Shown here: positions 1 to 9,900 of the stretch, in pieces | Numbering within the stretch: the first letter of the stretch is position 1 | Layout: each line of letters starts with the position of its first letter | Virus record (IMG/VR): IMGVR_UViG_3300049019_000034 | Span: 1 to 45,862 of that record | Length of the DNA stretch: 45,862 nt | Source of the DNA: a virus | Lineage: Duplodnaviria > Caudoviricetes | Strand: one strand, 5' to 3' | Notes under the pieces: generated by a model | What the model was told of the DNA's origin: nothing | Database searches by the model: none | Seen by the model: only the letters and a program-made list of their open reading frames with translations | Program-made: the position numbers and the translations under genes

Positions 1-33
1 CGCGGAGCCAGGTAGCAAACGCGAGCGCCAAAG

Positions 34-68
34 AAAAATCCCCTATGAGAACCAGTCTTCATAGGGGA
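34..68 (-). terminator. Host rho-independent terminator originally downstream of tRNA-His
   Basis: Inverted repeat TCCCCTATGA (39-48) / TCATAGGGGA (59-68) followed by a T-run on the minus strand (AAAAA at 34-38), immediately 3' of the displaced tRNA fragment. Confidence 0.75.
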
Positions 69-78
69 CTTCGAATTA

Positions 79-127
79 CTTGGGGTGGCTGATGGGACTC
101 GAACCCACGACGACAGGAATCACAATC
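79..127. repeat. Prophage attachment site (left copy): duplicated 3' part of tRNA-His from the anticodon arm to CCA
   Basis: 49-bp exact direct repeat with 45436-45484 (CTTGGGGTGGCTGATGGGACTCGAACCCACGACGACAGGAATCACAATC). Confidence 0.97.
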
Positions 128-168
128 TAGGGGCGCAACGCAGTATCCATGCGGGTTTGCGGCCGGTC

Positions 169-178
169 TTGGGAATTC
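169..178. promoter_or_regulatory. Putative integrase arm-type site
   Basis: TTGGGAATTC is the reverse complement of GAATTCCCAA at 45360-45369; GAATTCCCA also at 45382-45390; all lie just inside the att cores. Confidence 0.55.
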
Positions 179-298
179 CTCCCAACTTTACAACCGAGCG
201 GCGGCGCGGCCTGGCGGGCATCGTTTCCCACGATATTGAACGCCACCGCGGGCAGCCGCTCAGCGAGTGCGGACCGCCACAAAGGGGGCAGCCGGCCA

Positions 299-817
299 TC
301 ACTTCGACAGGTTGCTGATCGTCACGTCCTTCGCAGCGCTGCTGCGCGTCGTGCCGAACTCAAAGCTGAACACCTGCTCCACCCAGCCCAGCGCGCGGCC
401 GAGGATCAGGGTGATGGTGGCCTTCACGAAGTCGTTGGTGTCGGCGTGCCAGACCATGATGGCCATGCACAGCAGCACCAGGAACACCGCCATCGCCACC
501 AGCATCGAGGCGCGCCAGTTCTTCACCCCCACCTTGGCCAGCTCCAGATCCCGGCTGCGGGCGCTCTGCACGTCGGCCAGGAACGACTTGATCAGGTCGG
601 TCTCGTTCGCCATCACGGCCTGCTGGAATTGAACCTGCAGCTGCTTGTCGGCCTGCAGGGCAGCCAGCGCTGCCACGGGGTCCGACTTGCCGGTCACCGC
701 GCCCGCGATGTCCACGACCTTCTGGGCGCCGGCTGCCGCGTCGTCGCTGCCGGTGATCCACTTCACCAGCTGCGGCGCGAACTGGGCCAGGCCCATTGCG
801 ATGGTGATGGGGTCCAT
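299..817 (-). CDS. Holin-like lysis membrane protein (3TM/GTA-holin-like)
   Basis: Directly follows the endolysin with TGATG overlap; DxQSAR motif, two C-terminal hydrophobic helices and FEFGTT end typical of this family. Confidence 0.7.
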   Translation of the reverse strand: MDPITIAMGLAQFAPQLVKWITGSDDAAAGAQKVVDIAGAVTGKSDPVAALAALQADKQLQVQFQQAVMANETDLIKSFLADVQSARSRDLELAKVGVKNWRASMLVAMAVFLVLLCMAIMVWHADTNDFVKATITLILGRALGWVEQVFSFEFGTTRSSAAKDVTISNLSK

Positions 818-1299
818 CAGTTGTCTCCAGCGGCGTGCCGCAGGTTGCCGGCCACGCGGTTGATCCAGCCGCGGCCGAACACATCAAACGTGGAGAGCTT
901 TGTGTAGAAGGCCAGGCGCTCGGCGTTGAACAACAGCACGAGGTCAGCGGGATCTGCCCGGCCTACGGCGGCGAGGGTCAGCGGCCCGACGACCCCGTCA
1001 TCAGCAACACCGGCGGCGCGCTGCATCCAGCGCACGGCGTTGCCGATGCCGTGATTCACCGCGGCGTCCAGCGCCTGAAAGGCGAAGGCTCGCGGCAGCT
1101 TGTCGCCCTGCACTCGGTCCCAGAAGTCGTGCCGGTAGATCGCAACGGCCGATTCCCGGGACAGGTTCCGAATGTCGATGTGCGGATAGCTGCGCTTGCT
1201 GATGCCGAACTTCGTCTCGCCACCCGGGTCTTGCAGGTCGTTGACGTAGCCGCCCTCGCTCGAAAGCACGCGGCCGATGAAGTCGTCGAAGGCACTCAT
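817..1299 (-). CDS. Endolysin, glycosyl hydrolase family 108 with C-terminal peptidoglycan-binding domain
   Basis: EGGYVND..DPGGETKFGIS, DAAVNHG, ADDGVVGPLTL and FGRGWINRV motifs. Confidence 0.93.
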   Translation of the reverse strand: MSAFDDFIGRVLSSEGGYVNDLQDPGGETKFGISKRSYPHIDIRNLSRESAVAIYRHDFWDRVQGDKLPRAFAFQALDAAVNHGIGNAVRWMQRAAGVADDGVVGPLTLAAVGRADPADLVLLFNAERLAFYTKLSTFDVFGRGWINRVAGNLRHAAGDN

Positions 1300-1619
1300 C
1301 GCCGCGGCCCGTACTGTCGCTCACCCTCAAGCAGCAGCAGGCGCCGGCTGTACTCGTTGAGTCGCAGATCCTGCTCGTTGTCTTTGCTGGCCTTGGCGCT
1401 GAGCTGGCCATTCAGCTCTTTGACTTCGACCGTAAGGGCGACGATCTTCTGGCCGTACTCGTCGAGGCGCGCTGCCTGCAGCTGCTGGCCGTTCCAGAGC
1501 AGGATCGCCTGCACGACGATGGCGCCGGCAACGCCCAGCATTCCCCAGAGCGGAATCTTGCGGTCGATGGTCACCCGGGCGGGCTCAAGTCCCATGCGGT
1601 CGGTTTCGCGGTAAGGCAT
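1296..1619 (-). CDS. Single-TM coiled-coil membrane protein, putative holin or lysis accessory (start may be 1595)
   Basis: IDRKIPLWGMLGV.. hydrophobic helix followed by a coiled coil; first gene of the lysis cassette, overlaps the endolysin start. Confidence 0.6.
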   Translation of the reverse strand: MPYRETDRMGLEPARVTIDRKIPLWGMLGVAGAIVVQAILLWNGQQLQAARLDEYGQKIVALTVEVKELNGQLSAKASKDNEQDLRLNEYSRRLLLLEGERQYGPRR

Positions 1620-1621
1620 GG

Positions 1622-3847
1622 TCAGCCCAAGATGAACCAGGAGCTGCCAGCAATGGCGCTGTACTGGATTTGCACGGTCCCCTGCACCGGCACGACGTAG
1701 TTAACCGAACTGGGGCAGGAGAAGCGATTGCCGGCTGTGCTGCCTGCGTCCTGATGGTTCAGCGTCATGGCGAAGCCGGTGTAGTTGTAGAGCGTGAGGA
1801 TTCGCCCCGCGTGGCCGCCAGCGATGCCGCCGATGCTGTAGGCGCCGGTCGGCACGTTGCTGATGAGCGTCCCGGCGTTGGTGGGCAGCGCGACGTTCTG
1901 GTTTACGCCGTTGGCGAGCGCGAGCTGCTGCTCGTCGATGGTCAGGCCGCCGCCGATGTGCAGGGTGTTCAGCGGCAGGGCCTTGGCGACGCCCGTGTTT
2001 CGCCCGGTGCGCCCACTGACTCGGGTATTGGCCCCGACCATCGAATACAGGGCCGTCAGAGCGCCAGAGACGGTCACGCCGGACAGGTCGTTGAAGTCGC
2101 TGGCACCGTCCTCAAGCACCGCGTATTTCTGCAGCGGCGTCTCGTCGTAGATGACCGAGCCGGCCGAGACGGTCGAGTAGGTCGACGCGCTGAGGTGCAG
2201 GCCTGCGCCGTTGGCGGCTGCGCTGCGGTTGCTGCGGCGGATTTCGATAGGGCCGATGACGATCTGCGAGCAGAGGGTGAGCAGCAGGCCATCGGTGCCC
2301 GAGTCGCTGACGTTGAACCCCGGCAGCGAACCATCGACGCAGGACGTGACGACGACGCCCTGCGCCACCGATGCCTTGGACACGTTTCCCGAGCCGCTGA
2401 CCTTCTTGACGTTCGCAATCTCGTAGTTGACGTAGTTGCCATCGCAAATATTGCCGGTGAGCGTGATCGCGTCCTGATCGGTCGTCGCGACCGCGTTGGC
2501 GATGTAGATGCCGCCGCCGCTCGACGGCGTGAGGCCAGAGGTCCGCACGACGTTGCCAGAGATGACCACGTTCACCACCGTGCCCGGACTGGCGCTGTAG
2601 GTCGTGATGCCCTTGCGGTAGGCACTGACGACGAGGTTGCCGCGCGCCTCGATTTCACGCAGCGCTGTCGCGCCAGTGCTGAAGAGCATCAGCCCATGGT
2701 TGTCTGTCGCTGCGCCACCGGTCACGCTGGTCGCCCGGCCGCAGCTCAGGAGGGAGCAATCAAGCACATCGGTGCCGTTCTCAGACTCGATGGCAATGCC
2801 GGCCTGGCGGGTGTCGTGGACGTACACGCGCTCGATGACGTTGTACGAACCGCCCGTGATCCACACGCCGTAGTTCGCGCCGTTGTTGTCGCCGTTGGCG
2901 TCAAGCTCCAGATCGCGGATCGTCACGCGGCTGACGGCAGTAGCAGCGCGGAACATGGCGCCCGTGATGGCCGCCGCGTTGATGGCTCTGATCTTGGCCT
3001 TGCCGCTGTAGGTGGCGCCACTCACGGGCACGAGGGCAGCGCTGATGTTCCATCGCCATCCGGCCGGCCCGAAGTCCAGGCCGCGAGTGCCTGCCGTCGT
3101 GATGGCCGCGGCGATGGTGCTGGTGTGGTCCGTCGTGCTGGTGCCGGCCTTGATCGCGGCGCGCTCCACCTCGGAGGTGACGAACCACATCATCTGCGCC
3201 TGTTGATCGTTCAGCGCGGCGCCGATGGTGGCTGCGGCGTAGTTCAGGGCGGCCCCGTGTCCAACGAGCGCGGGGCCCTTTACGACGCTCGCCGTGCTTG
3301 CAAGATCAATCGCCAGCGCCGCAGCGCTGCCGCTGACCGGTGCCACGACCGCCACCCGGCCGGCCGAATCGAACCCCAGCAGCCTATCCGCTCGATTCGC
3401 CGCCGGGGGCAAGGTGGACCCTTCGACGTCAGTCGGTGAGAACACCAGCGCTCGCCCGAGCACCTCCTGCTGCTGCTGGATCTGCACCGCCAGCGCATCA
3501 AGCCCCTGCTCCACGACCTCGGCGCGGTAGTTGCCTCCGCTGGGCAGCTGGGTGGCCTGCTTGTATTCCACCGCTGTCAGGATGGTCAGGCTGTAACCGC
3601 TTGGCAGCGCGGTCGCCACGCCCGCCACCGCGTACTGGACGGTGCCGCCTGGCAGCGCCACCTGATCCGGGTTGGCTGTCACCAGCACGTTGGAGTCCAG
3701 CGTCAGCAGGGTCTCGTTGCCGTCCGTATCGGCAATCGTCACCGCCACATCAGCGCGGTCAAAGATCTTGAAGCCGAAGGAATAGCTGACGAGCGCACCG
3801 GTGCCCAGATAGGGGCCGGCGCGGCGCGGCGTGCTGGGGATGGTCAT
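1622..3847 (-). CDS. Tailspike/tail fibre with right-handed beta-helix (putative polysaccharide depolymerase)
   Basis: N-terminal podovirus tail-fibre adaptor (GPYLGTG..YSFGFKIF..QATQLPSGGNYRAEVVEQGLD); central pectate-lyase-like repeats (IRDLELDAN, NVIERVYVHD, VISGNVV); own promoter motif upstream. Confidence 0.85.
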   Translation of the reverse strand: MTIPSTPRRAGPYLGTGALVSYSFGFKIFDRADVAVTIADTDGNETLLTLDSNVLVTANPDQVALPGGTVQYAVAGVATALPSGYSLTILTAVEYKQATQLPSGGNYRAEVVEQGLDALAVQIQQQQEVLGRALVFSPTDVEGSTLPPAANRADRLLGFDSAGRVAVVAPVSGSAAALAIDLASTASVVKGPALVGHGAALNYAAATIGAALNDQQAQMMWFVTSEVERAAIKAGTSTTDHTSTIAAAITTAGTRGLDFGPAGWRWNISAALVPVSGATYSGKAKIRAINAAAITGAMFRAATAVSRVTIRDLELDANGDNNGANYGVWITGGSYNVIERVYVHDTRQAGIAIESENGTDVLDCSLLSCGRATSVTGGAATDNHGLMLFSTGATALREIEARGNLVVSAYRKGITTYSASPGTVVNVVISGNVVRTSGLTPSSGGGIYIANAVATTDQDAITLTGNICDGNYVNYEIANVKKVSGSGNVSKASVAQGVVVTSCVDGSLPGFNVSDSGTDGLLLTLCSQIVIGPIEIRRSNRSAAANGAGLHLSASTYSTVSAGSVIYDETPLQKYAVLEDGASDFNDLSGVTVSGALTALYSMVGANTRVSGRTGRNTGVAKALPLNTLHIGGGLTIDEQQLALANGVNQNVALPTNAGTLISNVPTGAYSIGGIAGGHAGRILTLYNYTGFAMTLNHQDAGSTAGNRFSCPSSVNYVVPVQGTVQIQYSAIAGSSWFILG

Positions 3848-3877
3848 CGAGTGGGCCGCTCCTGGGAGATGCCCGGA

Positions 3878-3910
3878 ATTCTTGGGGCGGGTGTCCCGGT
3901 TAACCGCACC
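3878..3910 (-). promoter_or_regulatory. Putative late promoter for tailspike and lysis genes
   Basis: GGTGCGGTTAAC (3899-3910), 15 bp, then AAGAAT (3878-3883). Confidence 0.7.
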
Positions 3911-6900
3911 CTAGCGGGTCTTGCTCTCCGGGCTGGCCACCCCTGTGACCAGCCCGCGCGCCGCGTCCGCGGTGCTCGTGGGGCTGATCGTGCCCTGGTC
4001 CACGCCGGCCAGGTAGCCCAGCGGCCTGGCCACAGCCGTGGCGGGCAAACCGGTCGCGATGCTCACCAAGCTGGCCACGTCGCGGATGGCGTTCTTCTGG
4101 TTGATCTCGTCGCCCTTGGCCAGCTTGTACGCGTCGACCGGCACGCCGGCCGCAGCCTCGAGCATGCTGACTGCCGGGCTGGCGCTGACGCGGTCGTCGG
4201 CCGGGTTGCCGTTGAACCGGTTGATGCCGGCCATGGCGAGCTGCCCGACGAAGGGCACCATGGCGAACGCGCCCTTAATGGTGCCCATGCCGAAGACGGC
4301 GGCGATCCAATCGTCCAGGTAGCCGTCGCCCTCGGGATCGTCCGGGCCGCCCTTCATTGCCACCGCGATGGACTCGGCCACCCAAAGCGGCACCATCAGG
4401 CCGAGCATCACCACGCCGAAGGCGCGCCCGGCGCCGACGCGCAGGCCCACGTCCTGGCGGATCTGCTTCAGCGCGGTGGCGTTGGTGTTCGCCATCATGT
4501 TGAAGTAGCCGATGAACTGGGTGAACAGCCGCGCATAGGCCGGGCCGGTCTCGATGCGGCTCACATCCTCGGGCAGCGTGCTGCCCTGGGTCTGGCGGAT
4601 CACGCCATCGGCGTAGTGCACGGCCTCGGCGGCAGCCAGGCCCTTCGCCAGCGCGCCGTTGTAGGCGCTGGTCCAGATGATCGGGCCCATCGTGTTGTCG
4701 AGCGCCGACTGCAGGAAGTAGGCGTGTTTCGACGTCCAGGCCTGCGCCTTCTCCAGCAGGCCGGGGTCCAGCAGGATGTCGTTCATCTGCTGGTTGATTG
4801 CGGCGATCTCGTTGTCCATGCGGTTGGCCATGAAGGGGCTCAGCGCCGCCACGTCGCGCGCCATCTTCTTGGGGCCGCTCGACACCATCTGCGCGGCCGC
4901 GCGCAGCATGCTGGACTCCAGGCCGTCGGCCTTGATCTTGGAGAAGGCGTTGGAGAACCCGGTCAGCTGCTGGATGGCGTTGCTGACGTTGCCGAACATC
5001 AGCGCCATGCCGGCGCGCGCTCGCGCGGCCGACAGCACCCGGCTGATCCGGCCGTCGCCCATCACCGGCGTCTCGACGATCTGCTTCGCGCTGCGGTTCA
5101 GCCAGGGGGTGAGCATGCCCGCGTAGATCGTCGGGTCCAGGTGGTTCAGCGGCGAGCTGACGGCCGGCCGCGACAGCAGGCGCTGCACGTCGCGCACCGC
5201 CGGCTCCATGTGCGCGAACAGCAGCACCTTGTCGATGTGCTGGCCGATAGTGCGCAGGTCCAGGATGAGCGGGCGGTTGTAGTCCACTCGGGCCTTGGTG
5301 AAGCCCTTGCTGGTGGTCGGGAACGAATAGGCCATCGCCTCGTTCTCGGTGTTCTGCAGCGCGCGCAGGTCGGCGTCGGGCACGATGCGCGTGTCGGCCA
5401 TCGCCGGCACATAGCCGCCGCGGTAGGTGCCAAACGGCGTCACGAAGCCGTCCGCCGTTACCTCGTCGAAGTACCGGCCGAACACGTCGCGGTGCGCCTT
5501 CTGCGCCAGCGGCTTGGTCTGCTCCAACAGATCCCAGACGCCCTGGGCAAAGTCATAGTGCACCTTGCCGAGCACACCCTCGTCGTGCATGCGCTTGACG
5601 AAGGCGTCCCACTTGCTGGTGTCCAGCGTGCCGTCGGCGTTTTCGCTGGCCCACTTGCGGCCCAGCAGCAGCTTGCGCTTGTTGCTCTCGTTGCCGGTGT
5701 GCAGGATGGCGTGCAGCAGCTCCGCGTGGCCGATGCCGTTGTGGCCCCGGCCGAAGGTGTAGCCGCGGGGGCCCAGCTCCGGGGCCTGGATCAGACCCTT
5801 GCGCAGGCTGGGCGCCACCGCGTCGACCAGCGCCTGGTACGCCTTGCGATAAGTCAACCGATCGGTGCGGTAGGCCTCTGCCGCGAACTTCACCGGCTGG
5901 AACACCAGGCGCAGGAACGGGCCGCCGAAACTGCCGTCCATTCCCTCAGCCCACTGCTCAGCGCGGCGCAGCAGGCTGCCGGCGTGCTGCAGCCAGCGCG
6001 TGCGGATCTCGCCCGGCGTCAGCGCCCCGGCCTCGCCGGGCAGCGTTGCGGGCACACCCAGCGCGTCCAGGCGCTGCGACAGCTCGGCAGCCGCGTCGTC
6101 GATGTCCAGCAGGTTGCCGCCCACCTCCATCATGCGGCTGCGCTTGGCCAGGTGCCACAGGCTCTGGATCTCCTCGTGCAGGCTCTGCAGCTGCTCGAAG
6201 GTCAGCGCCGTGAGCGGCTGGGCCATGTTCAGCGCGCCCTGCACCGACGGCTGCAGCGCGGCGTGCAGCTGCGGGTCGTGCTTCTCGACGCGGTCGAGGT
6301 AGTCCGCCGCGCCGCGGGTGGCCGGCGTGTCGATGCCGTAGGCGGCCAGGATGGCGCGCGCAGCGTTGACGATGTCCGGGTCGCGACCCTTCTCCACCGT
6401 CTTCTCGTTCGTGCCTTGGGCCACCTTGCCGAAGAAGGTGACGATCTTCCGACCCTCGGCCAGCGCGTCCATCGCGGCGCGCGCGGCGGCGTTGTTCAGC
6501 ACCTGGTCGCGCTTGGCCTGCACGGCTTCCTCGGTCTGGCCCTTGGCGGTTGCCTCCTGCCAGCGGCGCGCGGCGCGGCGCTCGGCCGCCGTGTGCTGCC
6601 AGGCGGTGGCGCGCAGGTCGCGCAGCGATGTCCGCGCCACCACGCGGGCGCCGAACTGGCGCGCGGCCTCGGCCAGCGCGTTGACGGTGATCTTCGCGCC
6701 GGCGGCGTTGGTCTGGCCGGTGTCAGTGCGCTGGCCCAGCAGGTCGGCCTGCGCCTTCAGCTCGGTGGCCAGCGCCTTCGCGCGGGCTTCGTTGTGCACC
6801 GCCTCGTTGGCCGCGTCGGCGATGGCGCGCGGGTCCACCAGATCGCCGTGCTGCTCCAGCATCAACTGATCGGTGCGGCCCTCCACCGCCGACAGCGGCG

Positions 6901-9900
6901 GTTCGGCGGCCAGCAGCGCTTCCACCATGGTCTGGCCATCCGAAAAGCCGAATGCGTCGGCGAGGATGTCGGGGTGGATGCCGCCGCTCTTCAGCGTCAT
7001 GCGCATGGCTTCGATCTTTTCGACCGCGCCCTCGGGCACCCCCAGGCCCTTCAGGTCCACTAGGTCGAAGCGGCCGGCGTTGAGCTCGTGCACGTCGACG
7101 CCCTCCCCGCCACGCTCGGACTCGAGGAAATACTGCTTGGCAATCGAGTATTGCGCCTCGCCCCGGATCTCCGCCTGCACCAGCTCTTCCAACTCGGCCA
7201 GGTCGTAGCGCCCATCTGCACTGGGCAGCAGGTAGCCGGTCTCGGCCAGCGCTTCGCCCATCGCGTCGGCGCTCATGCCGCCTTCCACGCGGAAGACGGG
7301 TTTGCCGAAGACGCCCGACGGATGGTTGAAGTCGTCCACCGACACGCCCAGGTGCTGGGCCGCGCTGCCTCGCTGGATGCCGCCCATCTTGGCGATGGCC
7401 ACCAGCAGCGAATCCTTGGACGGATCCAGAGTGGCGGGGTCGCTCTTCGCACGCTCGGTGAGCGTCTTGGCCCGGTCCTCGCCGCTCACTTTTGCGGTGA
7501 GGAATGACCAGAGCCGATAGACCGGCTGGCTCATGATCTCGCGCCGGGCGTCGATGCGCACTTCGCGCCGCAGCACCTTGGCCTGCGCCTGCAGCGCCTT
7601 CAGCGCCTTGCTGCGGGCGTTGATCGTCCACTTCAGATCCCGAATGGATCGCGCCGTCAGCCGGTCCAGCGCCTCGCCGGTGGCGGTCTCGTCGGGCAGC
7701 ATGCCCGCGATCTCCTCGGCCTGCTCGATCTGGTCCTGGCTGGCCAGCATGCGGTCCAGCACCTGGCGCACCTCGTCGGACAGCTGCGGGCCGTCGGTGT
7801 TGCCGGTGGCGAACTGCTGCAGCGAGCGGTAGACGCTCAGCACCCAGGCCCGGAAACGACGCAGCACCGGCGCTAGCTCGACGCTAGGCGCCTTGCCCTC
7901 GATCAGGTACTGCTCCACGCTCTCGGCGAAGCGCTCGTGATACGGGCGCTGCTCGTCCAGAGTCATGCCCTGCCAGGTGGCGAGGTCCGGCACGCCGAAC
8001 CACTTCAGCAGCACGCCCATGTCCTCGACCACCCCGGCCGGTGCGTCCGGCTGGCTGGCGATGTCGGCCATCACCTCCAGGAAGAAGTGGCCGGTCTCGT
8101 GGAAGAAGGTCGTCAGGTCGGCCGTAGGCGACAGGGCCAGCTCCAGGCTCTGCGGGTTGAAGCTGCCGCGAGCCTGCTGGAAGAACAGCGGATCGAACTG
8201 CTTCACCGCCTTGCCGCGCGCAGCGTCGTCGCCTTTGGCGTAGGTGCGCACATCGGTGACGCCGGCCGCGCGCAGCGCCTCCAGCACCGCAGGCTCGGTG
8301 CCCTCGGGCACCACGGCCCCCTTGAACTCGGACAGGCTGACATCGCGCAGCACCTTGGCCTCAAAGTAGGCGGTGGGCAGGTTGCGCAAACGGGTGAGGA
8401 ACTGCGCCGCCTTCTGCGCGGCGGCCTCGCTGATCTCGAAGCCGTAGGACTTGGCGGCCTTTGCCATGCCCATCTTGGCTGCGTCTTCCAGGATGCTGAT
8501 GGCGGTGTCCGACGACAGGCTCGGGTCGATGGCTTCCATTACCGCGTTGAATTCGGCATCCACCTCCTTCTTGACGACTTCGAACTCATCGGCGCTGACC
8601 AGCCGGCCCTTCTCCTTCTTGATGGCCGCTAGGCTCTTGAACTCGGGTGTGAACTTCGCGCGTAGCGAGCCCACCCCGTAGTTGAAGGACTCGCCGCCGC
8701 GCAGTTCTTTCTTCAGCAGCTTGACCACGTTCTCCAGCGTGTGCGGGAGGTACTTGCGGTTGCCGCTGTTCGTGAAGCCCTGAAAAATACGCTCGGACTT
8801 GGTGGCCCTGGACAGCTCGGCCTGCACCCATTGCTGATAGGCGTCGGCCAGGTTGCCTTCGGCGATCTGCTTCTCCATCGCCTGTTGCGTGGCACTGCGG
8901 TCGGCCTCGGGCCGGGCGCGCAGCTTGGCGCCGTTGACGATCTCGTGGGCGACGTTGCGCGCCCACCCCTCGCTGATCTCGGGATCTAGCGCCCACTTTT
9001 CATAGCGAGCGCGCTTCGCGTCGTTCGCCCCAATCAGCAAGCTGTCCAGCTGCTCAGCGATGGCGGCCCGCGTGAACGTCTCGTTCTCCAGCAGGTCGTA
9101 GATGCTGGTGACGTCCAGGAACGGGCCGAGGCCGAACTCCTCCAGACGCGCCTGGCGCGCGGCATCCATGCCTCCGCGCATCACGACATTCGGCTCCACG
9201 CCCTGCTCCTGCAGGAAGGTGCCCATGACGGCAATGCTGCGCTCCAGCTCACGCTGCCCGTCGCGCTGCAGCTCCGACGCGCCGGGCAGCGTGTCGCCCA
9301 TCTTCTCGGCCATGGGCTTGACGCGCTTAGTCAGCGCCGCCACGGCCTTGTTGTCCAGCTCGCGCTCCACGCTAGGGTAACGCGGGCTGTAGATGTCAGC
9401 CCCGAACACCTTCGTGCCGGCGTAGCCCTTGGGGTCGGCCAGGTTGCTGTCGCCGATCAGCGTGATCTCGCCGAAGTTGGTGAGCGGGTTGTCCTTCTTC
9501 GTGATGGCCAGGCTGGGCACCGGCAAGCCGCCCATCTTGACGGCGTGCATGAGGTTGGCCGCCGTCAGGTTGTGCGTCACCACCAGGTCGCGCTCGGCCG
9601 GCGCCGACTGCGCTAGCCCCGCGCCTGTCTGTTCGACGATCCGCAGCGGGTACTTGGCCGCGAACTCCTCGGGCGTCAGCCCGGTGCGGCCGGCCATGGT
9701 CGTGTAGAAGGCCGCGGCCCAGGTGGCATAGCCCTCGTTCACGGCCTGGCGGAACCGGCCCAGGGTGTTGAGCTGGTCCAGCACCTGCTGGCGCACGCGA
9801 TCGCTGCTCTCCTGCATGGCCTTGACATCTTGAGCCTGGGCCAGCACGCGCTGCGCTTCGGTCTCCAGGTATTGCGCGGCCTGCTCGCCGGCCTGCTTCG

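Noticed and set aside
79-127. Second tRNA-His gene
   Set aside because: Only the 3' part is present; D-arm and 5' acceptor strand are missing, so it is the att duplicate
190-195. ACAACC half-site in the left att arm
   Set aside because: Isolated 6-mer without a partner half-site; expected by chance
1700-1711. Sixth late-promoter copy (AGTTCGGTTAAC) upstream of the lysis genes
   Set aside because: Two mismatches to the 12-mer and no -10-like hexamer at the 15-bp spacing (CAGGGG)
1622-3910. Diversity-generating retroelement expected from BPP-1 relatedness
   Set aside because: No reverse transcriptase ORF, no Avd-like gene and no TR/VR repeat pair seen
3851-7063. Long plus-strand ORFs (1070 aa here; also 9830-11443, 11449-13332, 22619-24532) and minus-strand 39865-42075
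   Set aside because: Antisense shadows of GC-rich real genes, with biased composition and no motifs
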